Shown in pieces: positions 1 through 10,958 of a DNA stretch of 64,000 nt (positions are counted from its first letter, which is position 1; the number at the start of each line of letters is the position of its first letter). The notes beneath the pieces were generated by a model. The model did not search any database. It was not told where the DNA came from and saw only the letters and a program-made list of their open reading frames with translations. The position numbers were made by a program, and so were the translations under genes. Location: the IMG/VR virus record IMGVR_UViG_3300046323_000587, positions 1 through 64,000 of that record. One strand, 5' to 3'.

Positions 1-42
1 GGAACTCCAGTAACCAAGACGAAATTACGTTCATATACCAAA

Positions 43-435
43 ATGATAGGTAAGAATCACACTATTTTATCTCCTATCGATTATATCCAAATAGAAGTAG
101 ATTTTGAAGAAAATAAAAGCACTTTTGCCTGTATAATTCGCCTGAATAAACATAATATTGACTATTGTTTGAAAACTTTTTGTCACCCAAGTAACACTCT
201 TATTTTTTGTTCAGAACAAATTATTTTTCACCAAGATACTATTTTGAGTTTTGTAAAAAATGGTCTTTATCAAGACAACTATTGGACAATTAATTATGAA
301 AAAATGATTCCTCTATTGTGCGAAAAAGGGACTTTTATGCTCCAATCTTTAGCAGATGGAGGAAACCGTATTTTTTGGCGTATTTTTGCTCATCAAAGTG
401 ACAAAGAACGAATTTCACAAAATTTTAAACTTTAA
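43..435 (+). CDS. hypothetical protein
   Basis: 130-aa ORF with ATG after an A-rich leader; no motif recognised. Confidence 0.65.
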   Translation: MIGKNHTILSPIDYIQIEVDFEENKSTFACIIRLNKHNIDYCLKTFCHPSNTLIFCSEQIIFHQDTILSFVKNGLYQDNYWTINYEKMIPLLCEKGTFMLQSLADGGNRIFWRIFAHQSDKERISQNFKL

Positions 436-458
436 CCAATTAATTAATAAATAAAATT

Positions 459-950
459 ATGATAAAATATAAAAAAAGTAATTTACTTGATGCTTTTATT
501 GCAAAAGAAGTAAACATCATAGGGCATCAGTGCAATTTTTGTTGCGGTCTTGGTGCTGGCGTAGCTAAAAAAATAGCTGAATTATTTCCTAAGATTGCTT
601 CAGAAGATTATTTATTTAGAAATAATGTTGAGAATTCTATTGGAAAAATATTATTTGTAGAAGTAAAAGAAAATATGTACATATATAACCTATACGCTCA
701 AATTAATACATATTATACTCAACAAGATACATTTGAAAAAAGACTTTCTTGGTTAAAAACTTGTTTAAAAGAAATGAAAAAAACACTTTCTTTTGATGAT
801 CGTATAGGATTTCCTTTAATGGCTTCTGGATTAGCAGCTAATCAAGAATTAAAAGGAAGTATGTCTGATTTGGATTATTTTAAATTATATATTCATTCTA
901 TTGTTGATGAAGTATTGGGTCAATATAATGTAACTATCTATTATTTATAA
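459..950 (+). CDS. macro domain (ADP-ribose binding/processing) protein
   Basis: MIKYKKSNLLDAF..IIGHQCNFCCGLGAGVAKKIAELFP and IGFPLMASGLA match the macro-domain G-D/N-L, HxCN, GxGxGVA and PxIGxGL motifs. Confidence 0.8.
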   Translation: MIKYKKSNLLDAFIAKEVNIIGHQCNFCCGLGAGVAKKIAELFPKIASEDYLFRNNVENSIGKILFVEVKENMYIYNLYAQINTYYTQQDTFEKRLSWLKTCLKEMKKTLSFDDRIGFPLMASGLAANQELKGSMSDLDYFKLYIHSIVDEVLGQYNVTIYYL

Positions 951-1683
951 TTTTTATTTATAATAACACAAGAAAAATACTTAAATGCATAATTTATAAT
1001 TTATCAATACATAGAACAAGAGTCCAAGAATAGTATAATTGATTATAAAGGTTTTCTTCATTCTATAAAAGAAAGAGATGAAATATGTCAAGAACTCATA
1101 GAAAATGCAGGGTATATTTTTTATGACATGACTCTTATTGGACTTGGAGGCAGAAAAGATATGTATAATAGCATTAAAAAAGAATCTTTAGCACAAATAA
1201 TAAAAATCAACAATAAGTTAAAAAAGATAATAAAATCACTTTATGAACAATAAACATATTTTATTGTGACACAAAAAAATTTGAATTACTAATAAACAAG
1301 TTAATTAATAAAGAAGTAGAATCTGTTGAGATTCCTTCAATGATTATAGACGAATACGATAAATTATTTGATAAAGCTGGATTTAAATATACTCCTGAGC
1401 TAAGTGAATTTTATGGCTGGGACTTTTCATTTTATTATGAAAGAAATGAAGTAACTTATTGTTTTAGTGGAAGTACTTATTATGAAGGATATAATTTGTC
1501 TGTTAAATAATTTTTACTAAATCAAATGTCTCAACTAATTGAATCAACTGAATTACAAGAAGTGAGATCTATTTGGATTTTTATTAAACCTTTTTTAGGT
1601 AAAGATTTTGATGATATACTGCAACAATACTACAATTATCATCATTATGACGAATATAAGCTAATGTAATATAAATTAAAATT

Positions 1684-2013
1684 ATGCAAAAATACTTGTT
1701 AGAAATTACAGGATTTGATTATGTAGAATAAGTACAAGAATTGTTAGAATATATTAAAGAAAATTATGATTTACTCAAACAATACAAAAAAATATCAAAT
1801 GTAAATATTTTAAATAACAACCCTACAAAAGTTAAATTAATAAAATCTAAACCACACTAACTTAAATTCTTTCTAAATGATATTGAATCAAAAATATTTG
1901 AGTATAACAAAAGAACTTACGATAGTTATGAACATCTTATTCAAGAAATCGAGCAAGATAGGATAGAGTAAATACTTACTAATGTTGAATCAGGTTATAC
2001 AAAAATTAAATAA
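1684..2013 (+). pseudogene. probable decayed gene with three in-frame TAA
   Basis: One frame from ATG 1684 to TAA 2011 with coding-like text, interrupted by TAA at 1729, 1858 and 1969. Confidence 0.45.
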
Positions 2014-2033
2014 TAAATTAAACCGTAAATAAT

Positions 2034-3508
2034 TTGATTATGGGATTTAAAGAATGGGCAAAAAATAAAGTATTTTATAGTACACATGCTGATCTAATAA
2101 AAAAAATTTGTCAAGACTGTTCTGTTACAGAAATAAATTCTTTATTTAATGAAAATCTTTCTACTATAAATAGAGTAAAATTAGAATACGAAAAATACGA
2201 AGATTGGAACTGTGGTTATAACCAACCTGTAGAGACTAGAATAGAAAAACAATTAGAAGGTTGGTTATATAAAGAAGACTATAAAAAAGACATCGATAAA
2301 TATCAAGATCCTAGTCTTTGGAATGAAATTCCTTTAAGATTTAAAGGTATTAAATTAAAACAAAAATAATTGTGACAAAAGAAGAAGCAAATAAATTACA
2401 ACAAGAATGTATTGATTATATTGAAAATCTTCGAATAAATGTTAAATGGAGACATCAAAGGTTTATTAGATATTGGTTAATGAGTTATACAAAAAAAGGT
2501 GAGTTAGATTCAGATAATTTAGTTCCTTCTTGGGAAGAAGAAGATGGTAGAAATATGCATTTAACTATTGGTTTTATGGTGGACGATACAAATTATGATT
2601 CCAATAAAAGACAAAACTACAATGGGCTGTATGTAACTATACAAAGGTATTCATTTAGAAGCTATGTTTGGGACAGAAAACTGGGATTTCTTATCAAATC
2701 ATTAGAACAATTTAAACATATTATTACAGCTATTATTAAAATATAAATAAAAAATATATGTATTTTACTTTATCAGAAAAACAAAAAAATATCGTTGATG
2801 CTTTTATATCAACTACAGAAAAGAAGTTTTTTAGTGAATCATTAAATTGGTTGTTTAATAGAGATAAAAAAGAAATGATTGTTTCATTAGAAGATAAAAG
2901 TTTAATAGATCTTTATCAATATACGATTGATTACGATAAAAGAGGAATTTTTATTTGTGTAGAACACGGAAGTAAATTAAAGACAGGATTTAGTTTTGAT
3001 GTTACAATATTTGGTAAAATTGAGACAATGTCTTTTAGAGGATTTAAAAATAAAAAAGAAGTTTTAATTGCAGGAATTAAATATGTTATAGCAAATGATA
3101 ACAAATGAAAATTTAGATAAAGGTTATAAAGAATTTATAGAAATATTCAATACTTGGAAAAAAGTTGGTAAAACTGTTGCTCATATAAATAATGATGTAG
3201 ATTCTTTATTAAAATCTTGTGTAATTAAATATTCTGGTTTAAGTTGGAAAGATAAAAATATTTTAAAAAATACCTTAAAATTTGATGTGTATTTAGATTA
3301 TGAATCACTTTCTATAAGAGAAATTTCTGTAATATACTTAAATCGTCACACTTCTTTAATTTCTTTATATGAAGAAGTTAAAAACTATTTTAGTAAAATA
3401 AGTTTAATTCAATATAATAAAGAAGAGGTTGTTTTAGATACTACAACAAGTAATTCAAGTTGCTTAGAAATAAGTTTTGATTCAATAGAGTGTATTAAAT
3501 TTGAGTAA
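2034..3508 (+). other. run of four small hypothetical CDSs (2034-2369, 2372-2746, 2758-3108, 3095-3508)
   Basis: Abutting or overlapping 111-137 aa ORFs; no motif recognised. Confidence 0.7.
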
Positions 3509-3553
3509 GTAATTAAAGTGAATTAATTTTTAACCATTAAATAAATAATAATT

Positions 3554-3982
3554 ATGGAAAATGTAAATGTAAATGAAGTAGCAGCAAACAATAATGAGCA
3601 AAATCAAAATGGAGGAGAATTAGTAAAACAAACTAAGAAATTTGATACTAATATTCAAAAACTAATAGCTGTAATGGGAGGAAAAACTCTGGATAAGAAA
3701 GTATCTAATTCAGAAGTAGATGAACTTGTTACAGAACTTTTAGCAGAAAAAAGACAGCAAAATAAAAAAGTATTAAAAGAAGGGTTAAATAATTTATTAG
3801 ATCAAAAATCTAATTTAGATATTGAAATTACAAAGAAAAGAGCTGAATTTGATAAGCTAGTTGCTCAAAAATATAAAGAGTTTAACGAGTCTGCTGAGAA
3901 GTTGTTTAAATTAGTAGAAGATATGAATGCAATAGAACAAAGTTATAAAAATAATTTATCAGGTTTAAATAATAAAATTTAA
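3554..3982 (+). CDS. coiled-coil-rich hypothetical protein
   Basis: 142 aa, K/E/L heptad-like composition, followed by a terminator. Confidence 0.7.
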   Translation: MENVNVNEVAANNNEQNQNGGELVKQTKKFDTNIQKLIAVMGGKTLDKKVSNSEVDELVTELLAEKRQQNKKVLKEGLNNLLDQKSNLDIEITKKRAEFDKLVAQKYKEFNESAEKLFKLVEDMNAIEQSYKNNLSGLNNKI

Positions 3983-3995
3983 TAAATTTTAACTT

Positions 3996-4023
3996 AAAGA
4001 CTGTAGAAATACAGTCTTTTTTT
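3996..4023 (+). terminator. intrinsic terminator
   Basis: AAAGACTGTA-GAAA-TACAGTCTTT followed by a T run. Confidence 0.85.
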
Positions 4024-4035
4024 ATTTTATATACA

Positions 4036-4281
4036 ATGCTACCACAAGATATTGAAAAGAATTACGATAAAGATAGATTAAAATTAAGAGAAGAAAATAC
4101 TAGAAAGAAGTTAAAGGCTTTATCTATGGGTTATGAATATGTATTAAATGAGGGTTGGTATAATAATAAAGGAGAATTTCTTTGTAGAAATGGTAGTAAA
4201 TTAAACTTTAATATAACAGAATCAAATTATGCAAATTGGAGAAAACATAAAGAAGATAATATATTTAAAAGTCAAAACTAG
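4036..4281 (+). CDS. hypothetical protein
   Basis: 81-aa ORF overlapping the start of the next gene. Confidence 0.55.
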   Translation: MLPQDIEKNYDKDRLKLREENTRKKLKALSMGYEYVLNEGWYNNKGEFLCRNGSKLNFNITESNYANWRKHKEDNIFKSQN

Positions 4282-5131
4282 TTTATTAATAATCTTTTTA
4301 TTGGTAAGCTTTTATGGTATTTATAGAGTTGTAGTGAATATTTTGCAACCAAATCAAACAGTAGTTAATTTCAATAATATATTAAATAAATTACAAAATA
4401 CTCAACAAATAACTGTTTATGAGAAAATGGTGTTTTGTGATTCAATACATAAAAATAATGCTTTATTAAAAAGTTATAAACAATATTGTGAGTCAGGAAG
4501 TGAATTTATACAATTTGATTCAGTTTATAAAACCATACACAATAATAATCAATGGACAGATAGTTTAACTGTCCAAAAAACTAGTTATCAATCAACAATT
4601 AATTTTAAACAGGCTTATCAAAAAGAAAATATTTATTTAAATGGTTTATTAGTTTGGAAAGAATTTAAAATTTTAAGCGAAAATTACATAATTAATTCTT
4701 TTCAAGATTCTTTTAAAACTATTATTAATAAAAAAGATTTATTTCATATTTATTTTGGTCATCTATATTTTAATGATGCCTCTGAAACTTTCATCAAAAA
4801 ACTAAACTCGACTCAATTTATTGAAACTGATTTTAATTATGAGTTAAAAAACATTCTCTTTGATTTAGATATGTTATTTAAAAGAATTAACAATCAAAAT
4901 TTATTGTATTTTACAAGTAATGTAGGAAAAGATTCAACTAATTTTAGACTATATTTTAAAATAGATTTAAAACACTATTTATTATTCTTTGATTACAAAT
5001 CTATTATAAAACAACTTCAAATTAAATCATTTCTTGAAATAAAACAAAGTAAAATAAATACATTTATACATCAGAATAATGTTGATAGCTGTTTATTAAA
5101 ACACAATGTAAAATTATACTATAAAAAATAA
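4229..5131 (+). CDS. TM-anchored HIxxxH protein 1 (putative BECR/EndoU-like RNase toxin)
   Basis: Basic N-terminus, TM SLLIIFLLVSFYGIYRVVV, CX16C, DLFHIYFGH, late QIKSFLEI; function is inference. Confidence 0.55.
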   Translation: MQIGENIKKIIYLKVKTSLLIIFLLVSFYGIYRVVVNILQPNQTVVNFNNILNKLQNTQQITVYEKMVFCDSIHKNNALLKSYKQYCESGSEFIQFDSVYKTIHNNNQWTDSLTVQKTSYQSTINFKQAYQKENIYLNGLLVWKEFKILSENYIINSFQDSFKTIINKKDLFHIYFGHLYFNDASETFIKKLNSTQFIETDFNYELKNILFDLDMLFKRINNQNLLYFTSNVGKDSTNFRLYFKIDLKHYLLFFDYKSIIKQLQIKSFLEIKQSKINTFIHQNNVDSCLLKHNVKLYYKK

Positions 5132-5143
5132 ACCAAATTTGAA

Positions 5144-5845
5144 ATGTTTTCTACAAAAATATATACAGAAATATCTTTGATTTCAAGTCAAACAGCAAAA
5201 TATTTGTATTCTAGTTATAATATTCCAGTAACTTATGAAGAAGATTGTCCGTATATTGTAATACTAGAAATAGATATAAAAACAAAAGAGTACAGATTTT
5301 TATCAAAAAAAGAAAATAATGGTAATTATTTAAGATACACCTTAAAACAAATTAAATTTCTATTAGAAACACCTAATATAGAAGTATGTTCTTCAATAGA
5401 AGCTCTAGCAGATATTTTCTTTAAATACGATAATAAATTATATAGTTTTAACTCTTATGACATACAAAGACAAAGAATGTCTAATAAATTATTACATTAT
5501 AGAGATAGAGCTAAACCTTTATGGAATTTATTTAATGAAGGCGAATATTATTTATTTGATTTCGTATTATCACCAGAAACTATCGAGAATCTTGTACTTG
5601 ATAACAGAACTAAATTAATCAATGAAAAGTATTCTTTATCTCAGCAATATAAATCAATAGCTATTCCTGATTACATTGTTTCTCAAAAGCAATATGATTT
5701 TGTAATTGATTTATACAATAAAAACGGCTGGATTATTCAATATATTGATATAATGAATAATAGTGAAAATTGTTATATATCAAGTAATTTTTTAGATAAG
5801 TATTGTTTAGTTAAAGGTACAGACAAAATAATTAAAATTAAATAA
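5144..5845 (+). CDS. partner of toxin-like gene 1 (putative immunity)
   Basis: 233 aa, no signal or TM, starts 12 nt after gene 1. Confidence 0.45.
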   Translation: MFSTKIYTEISLISSQTAKYLYSSYNIPVTYEEDCPYIVILEIDIKTKEYRFLSKKENNGNYLRYTLKQIKFLLETPNIEVCSSIEALADIFFKYDNKLYSFNSYDIQRQRMSNKLLHYRDRAKPLWNLFNEGEYYLFDFVLSPETIENLVLDNRTKLINEKYSLSQQYKSIAIPDYIVSQKQYDFVIDLYNKNGWIIQYIDIMNNSENCYISSNFLDKYCLVKGTDKIIKIK

Positions 5846-5871
5846 ACTTAGTATAACTATAAAAAAAATTT

Positions 5872-6825
5872 ATGTTAGATACAATAAAAAAAGCAAATTC
5901 AAATAAAGTAAAGTTAGGTTTCGATAATAAATTATATAAAGTAAGTTCTCTATTAATAGTTATAACTATTTTATTAGCTTTAATATATTCTTATTTTATT
6001 ATTAAATCTGAAATTCCAGTTACACCCAAATACGAAGAGCAATTACTTCACAAACTTCAAAGTAAAGACGGAAATCTATCAAAAGAAGAAGTTCAAGTGT
6101 TATTAAATACTTATGGAAAATACAAGATACTTCAGATGCTTTTCACACAAGAGTTTATCGAAGAAAGTTATACTTATGAAGAATTTTTATTAGATTACAA
6201 AGAATTAAAAGATAAACCTATATTTAAAATAGCTTTGTTGTATGAAAAAATTAATTTAAATAAAAGTAGTAATAAAATTATTTTAAATCAATTATACAAT
6301 GAAAATAAAAGAAGAATAAATAAATCAAAACAAAAAAAGGAGTTAATAATTATAACTACTTGTTTAAAATATGTTTTATACAAAGAAATAATAAAAAATT
6401 TTAGGTCTGAACACATTTTTTACATAAAAGATATAAAAATAACTTTAAGTTTATTAAACTTCTTTCATATTTGGATTGGTCACGGTATAGATTATAAAAA
6501 AGATTTTAATATAATTATAGAAGAGCAAACTCTTACAAAAGTACCTGAGTTTAATTACTCTTCTCACAATTTAATATTAGATTTAGATTTTTTATTTTCT
6601 AAAGTAAATAGTTTAGATTTAGATATAAATAACGATTTAAATAAACATAATAAACTATATTTTAAATTTTGTAATTTAGATTATGTTATATCTTTACATA
6701 AAAATAAAGAAAAAGATTTTAATATTACTACAATGTATATAGAAAGCAATGATTATTTAATCAAGAATTTTAATGCATTTATCAGTGTAAACCATCAAAC
6801 AATATATTTTTATGGAAAAAAATAA
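5872..6825 (+). CDS. TM-anchored HIxxxH protein 2 (putative RNase toxin, clade A)
   Basis: TM LLIVITILLALIYSYFII, NFFHIWIGH, NITTMYIE; close paralog of 8631-9614. Confidence 0.6.
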   Translation: MLDTIKKANSNKVKLGFDNKLYKVSSLLIVITILLALIYSYFIIKSEIPVTPKYEEQLLHKLQSKDGNLSKEEVQVLLNTYGKYKILQMLFTQEFIEESYTYEEFLLDYKELKDKPIFKIALLYEKINLNKSSNKIILNQLYNENKRRINKSKQKKELIIITTCLKYVLYKEIIKNFRSEHIFYIKDIKITLSLLNFFHIWIGHGIDYKKDFNIIIEEQTLTKVPEFNYSSHNLILDLDFLFSKVNSLDLDINNDLNKHNKLYFKFCNLDYVISLHKNKEKDFNITTMYIESNDYLIKNFNAFISVNHQTIYFYGKK

Positions 6826-7231
6826 TAATTTTTATTTCTATTTTAAAGATTTTTTAAATAGAAATAAAATTTTAAATCTTTTAAAAGAAGAGAAAGTATT
6901 ATTAGAAGAAGATGAAGTTATCACAAATTGTAAAATAGAGAGTCTTGTTTTTTCTTTTAACACCATTAAAGAAAATAATACAAAATTTGGTAATGATATA
7001 CTAATAGAACAAGAAAATACAATAATAAATGTTGTAAAAGTATTAAAAAATATAAAAAATTTTACATATTTTAAGGATAGAATTGACATTTATCAACTAC
7101 CCAATGTGTTAAAATTTATTTCCAAATTTATCCTTACTAGCAAAGAATTAATAATAATAAAAAATCTTGATACTGAAGAAGAGTATTTAATAACTGAAAC
7201 AACAATTATAAATTGCCATAAATATTTATAA
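6812..7231 (+). CDS. family A partner (putative immunity)
   Basis: Overlaps the toxin stop; C-terminal SKELIIIKNLDTEEEYLITETTIINC. Confidence 0.55.
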   Translation: MEKNNNFYFYFKDFLNRNKILNLLKEEKVLLEEDEVITNCKIESLVFSFNTIKENNTKFGNDILIEQENTIINVVKVLKNIKNFTYFKDRIDIYQLPNVLKFISKFILTSKELIIIKNLDTEEEYLITETTIINCHKYL

Positions 7232-7232
7232 A

Positions 7233-7670
7233 ATGATAGACTTAAAAAATAGTTCTTTTTATTTTTCTTTTGTAGATATTATAGATAGAAATAGAATATT
7301 AAACATAGTAAAAAAGAATAATATTTTTATTTACTCTGACTACTTAATATTAAATCGCAACATACCTTATTTAATTTATTCAAATAATTATATTTCAGAT
7401 AAAACTACATTTTACGATAAAAAATATTATGTATTTGAAAATGAGTCTACTTTTTTTAATACAATTAAAATAATAAAAACATTAAAATCTTTCACTTATT
7501 TACAAATACCTGACAATTTTTTTGAATGTTTTGATTTAAGTAGACTTTTAACTAAATTTGTTTTTAATAGCAAAGAATTGATAGTAATTAAAGATCTTGA
7601 CACGAATGCAGAATATATTGTAACAGAAAAAACAACTATAAATTGTACTAGTTTTTTTATAAAATGTTAG
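7233..7670 (+). CDS. family A partner (putative immunity)
   Basis: SKELIVIKDLDTNAEYIVTEKTTINC. Confidence 0.55.
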   Translation: MIDLKNSSFYFSFVDIIDRNRILNIVKKNNIFIYSDYLILNRNIPYLIYSNNYISDKTTFYDKKYYVFENESTFFNTIKIIKTLKSFTYLQIPDNFFECFDLSRLLTKFVFNSKELIVIKDLDTNAEYIVTEKTTINCTSFFIKC

Positions 7671-8119
7671 ACTTAAAAAATAACTATTTTTATTTTTGTA
7701 TAAGAGATATAGAAAAAAATCAAGAACTTATAGAAAAAATAATGCTTAGACATAATTACACAGAACATTGGTTTTCTATTAATACAGAAGTATTTAAGAT
7801 AAATAACAAAACTAAAACAATCTCTGGTAATGGAAGTTCAACTTACTGTAATTATATATTAATAGAAAATCCTGCTGTATTAGACAATATATTAGATGTT
7901 TTAAATAAAGTAAATACTTTTGAATATCTTAAAGAAACTTATCCAAGAGAAGAACGTTATATACATAATAGTTTAACTACAGTTAATATGTTAGCTAGGT
8001 TTTTAATTAATTCAAAAGAATTAATCATTATTAAAGACCTAAAAACATTGAATGAATACATAGTAACAGAAAATAGAGTAATAGATTGCAATAAATATTT
8101 AACCACATTATCTAATTAA
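7664..8119 (+). CDS. family A partner (putative immunity)
   Basis: SKELIIIKDLKTLNEYIVTENRVIDC. Confidence 0.55.
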   Translation: MLDLKNNYFYFCIRDIEKNQELIEKIMLRHNYTEHWFSINTEVFKINNKTKTISGNGSSTYCNYILIENPAVLDNILDVLNKVNTFEYLKETYPREERYIHNSLTTVNMLARFLINSKELIIIKDLKTLNEYIVTENRVIDCNKYLTTLSN

Positions 8120-8124
8120 ATAAA

Positions 8125-8607
8125 ATGATAGACTATCCCACAAACAATAAATTAAATTTTGTATTAAGCACTTCTATTGATTTAGAAGAATTAGTTAATT
8201 TATTTGAATTAAATAAAGTAAAAATTCATTATAGACTTAAACACAACACTATATACAGATTAGTATTACTGAAAGAAGAAATTATATTAGATGTACCTAA
8301 CAGTAATATTTATTATACTATTACCAATATTAACACTTTTGTAAATTACTTTTCTGCAATAAAAGATACTGATACAACAACACCTATGTATATTATGAAT
8401 GGTGATGACGGTACAGGTGATTCAGAAATAGGTAAATTTCATTTTGATAAAGAACCAGAAGAAGAGGATTTTCCACAAACAAAAGCTTATATTAGTAAGT
8501 TTCTTTATGATGCAGTAGAGTTAATTATATTATCTGATGAACGGTTTAATTGGACATTGATAACAGAAAAAAGCATTGAAAATATAACTCTTACAGATGT
8601 AGAATAA
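8125..8607 (+). CDS. divergent family A partner (putative immunity)
   Basis: SKFLYDAVELIILSDERFNWTLITEKSI aligns with the family A C-terminus. Confidence 0.5.
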   Translation: MIDYPTNNKLNFVLSTSIDLEELVNLFELNKVKIHYRLKHNTIYRLVLLKEEIILDVPNSNIYYTITNINTFVNYFSAIKDTDTTTPMYIMNGDDGTGDSEIGKFHFDKEPEEEDFPQTKAYISKFLYDAVELIILSDERFNWTLITEKSIENITLTDVE

Positions 8608-8630
8608 TTAAACATTTAAATTTTACAATT

Positions 8631-9614
8631 ATGATAAAAACAAAAGAAAAAGTTGATAAGGTTGATAAGAAGAACAATTATAACCTAGGTTTTGATAACA
8701 AATTCTATAAAGCAAGTTCATTAGTAATAATTATTTCGATTTTATTAACAATAGTTTTTTCTATTTACCCAATAAAATCTGAAATTCCAATTACGCCTAG
8801 TTATGAAGAACAATTATTACAAAAATTACAGACTAAAGAGGGAAATTTATCAAAAGAAGAAGTTGAAATATTGTTGAATATTTATGGAAAATATAAAATT
8901 CTTCAAATGTTGTTTACTCAAGAGTTTATTGAGGAAGAATATACTTATGAAGAATTTTTATTAGATTACAAAGAGTTGAAAGATAAATTAATTTTTAAAA
9001 TTGCTTTGTTATATGATGAAAAAAATTTAATTGGCAAAAATGCTGTAACTAAAAACAAAGTTATTTTAAATATATTGGGTTCAGATAATAAAGCTAAATT
9101 AGAATATACAAAAGCAATTTATAAAGATTCTTTAAAAGCTGTATTAAATTGTTTAAAATATGTTGTTTATGGAGAAATTAGAAAAAAGTATGAACCTTTA
9201 TATATTTTTAAACTAAAAGATATAGAAATAAAATTTTATATAACCTATTTATACCATATTTGGACAGGACATTGTATAGACTATCAAAAAGATTTTAATA
9301 TTATGTTGAATAAAACAAATATTGTAGATACATTTTCAGAATTTAGAAGAATTAATATATTTTTAGATATTGGTTTTTACGTTCAAAAATTAAATGACTT
9401 GGATTTAGATTATAAGAAGATTTTAACTAACAATGAAAATTTATATTTTAAATTAGGAGAAGTTATATATTGTTTAAGAATTATTGTAAAAAACAATGAA
9501 TATATAATAGAAACTTATTATCCAAAGAATGAAATAGATCTTTCAAGTAAAAAAACAATTATTGAAATTAAACTTAACTATAAAACATATTTTTATTATG
9601 AACACAAAAAATAA
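8631..9614 (+). CDS. TM-anchored HIxxxH protein 3 (putative RNase toxin, clade A)
   Basis: TM SLVIIISILLTIVFSIYP, YLYHIWTGH, IIETYYPK (EndoU-like terminal strand). Confidence 0.6.
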   Translation: MIKTKEKVDKVDKKNNYNLGFDNKFYKASSLVIIISILLTIVFSIYPIKSEIPITPSYEEQLLQKLQTKEGNLSKEEVEILLNIYGKYKILQMLFTQEFIEEEYTYEEFLLDYKELKDKLIFKIALLYDEKNLIGKNAVTKNKVILNILGSDNKAKLEYTKAIYKDSLKAVLNCLKYVVYGEIRKKYEPLYIFKLKDIEIKFYITYLYHIWTGHCIDYQKDFNIMLNKTNIVDTFSEFRRINIFLDIGFYVQKLNDLDLDYKKILTNNENLYFKLGEVIYCLRIIVKNNEYIIETYYPKNEIDLSSKKTIIEIKLNYKTYFYYEHKK

Positions 9615-10044
9615 ATTTTATTTTTACATATACGATACAAAAGAAGACAAAACTCAAGTTGAAAATCTTTGTGTAAAGTATAATTTTATTTGTGACAATA
9701 CTCATCCTTGGTTTTCTGGAGATACAGAATTATATATTATTGATACAATAGAAAAAAATGTTTGGGGAGATAACATTTGTAGTTATGCTAATCGTATTAG
9801 TATAGAAGATATCAATTTTTTAGAAAACATTTTTATTGTATTGAGTAGTTTAACTCAGTTTGAATACTCTAAGAACACTTTTCACAGAGACGAAGATTAT
9901 CGTTACATAAATGGAAAAAAACTTTTAACTACTAGAGAAATGTTAGCTCAGTTTTTATTTAAAAGTAAAGAATTAGTTATTATAAAAGATTTAATAACAA
10001 AAAAAGAGTATTTAATAACAGAGAATAAAATAATTAAATGCTAA
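9598..10044 (+). CDS. family A partner (putative immunity)
   Basis: ATG at 9598 overlaps the toxin end (track start 9562 is TTG); SKELVIIKDLITKKEYLITENKIIKC. Confidence 0.55.
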   Translation: MNTKNKFYFYIYDTKEDKTQVENLCVKYNFICDNTHPWFSGDTELYIIDTIEKNVWGDNICSYANRISIEDINFLENIFIVLSSLTQFEYSKNTFHRDEDYRYINGKKLLTTREMLAQFLFKSKELVIIKDLITKKEYLITENKIIKC

Positions 10045-10048
10045 ATTA

Positions 10049-10495
10049 ATGAAAGATTACAATATACTTTCTTTTATAATATCCTATGAAATAAATAGAG
10101 AAAAATTACTAGCTTTATTAAAACAATCTAATGCAAATCTTCAAAATTTTTTTAACTTCGATGAACAGGAGCCTGGATATGTAATATACAATAATAAAAC
10201 TAATACTTTTTATAGTGATTTTAGTTATATTGTTACAAATACAATTAAAATAGAAAATGAAAATCTATTATTAAATGTATTGAAAGTATTAAAAACTCTA
10301 AATACATTTAATTATTTTATAGAAACAACTAGAATTTTAGAATTGCCTGATAAAAGTAAATTTATTTCTAGTCTTTTATTTAAAAGTAAACATTTAATCA
10401 TTATTAAAGATTTAGAAAATAATAAAGAATATTTAATAACAGAAGACAATATTGTTGATTGTAATGATTTTTTGTCTAAAAAAGTTTTAAACTAA
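10049..10495 (+). CDS. family A partner (putative immunity)
   Basis: SKHLIIIKDLENNKEYLITEDNIVDC. Confidence 0.55.
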   Translation: MKDYNILSFIISYEINREKLLALLKQSNANLQNFFNFDEQEPGYVIYNNKTNTFYSDFSYIVTNTIKIENENLLLNVLKVLKTLNTFNYFIETTRILELPDKSKFISSLLFKSKHLIIIKDLENNKEYLITEDNIVDCNDFLSKKVLN

Positions 10496-10497
10496 TT

Positions 10498-10956
10498 ATG
10501 GGTACAAAAAATAAATTTTATTTTTATATAGATTATAGAAAAGAAACAGAGGTTACTGAAATATGTAAAAAATATAAATTTTCTTATGACTATGATCCTC
10601 TTTGGTTTTCTTGTAATACAGAAATATATACTATTGATACAGAAAAAAAATACGTTTGGGGAGATACTGTTTATAATTACAATACTTCCATTGCGATAGA
10701 TAATCTAAATCTACTAGAAAATGTTTTTATTGTATTAAGCAATTTAATTGAATTTGAATACTCTAAAACTACTTTTCAAAGAGATGAAAAAGATTATAGT
10801 TATTTTAAAAATTCAACAACAAAAGAATTGATACCAAGAATCTTATTTAAAGATAAATATTTAATAATAATCAAGAATTTAATTACATTAGAGGAGTATC
10901 TAATTACTGAAAACAGAATTATAAATTGTATCGAATATTTAACTCAAAATAAATAA
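10498..10956 (+). CDS. family A partner (putative immunity)
   Basis: DKYLIIIKNLITLEEYLITENRIINC; close paralog of 9598-10044. Confidence 0.55.
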   Translation: MGTKNKFYFYIDYRKETEVTEICKKYKFSYDYDPLWFSCNTEIYTIDTEKKYVWGDTVYNYNTSIAIDNLNLLENVFIVLSNLIEFEYSKTTFQRDEKDYSYFKNSTTKELIPRILFKDKYLIIIKNLITLEEYLITENRIINCIEYLTQNK

Positions 10957-10958
10957 AA

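Noticed and set aside
5872-10956. Diversity-generating retroelement behind the paralogs
   Set aside because: No reverse transcriptase in the window, and no near-identical template/variable repeat pair with adenine-specific mismatches; differences look like ordinary synonymous divergence.
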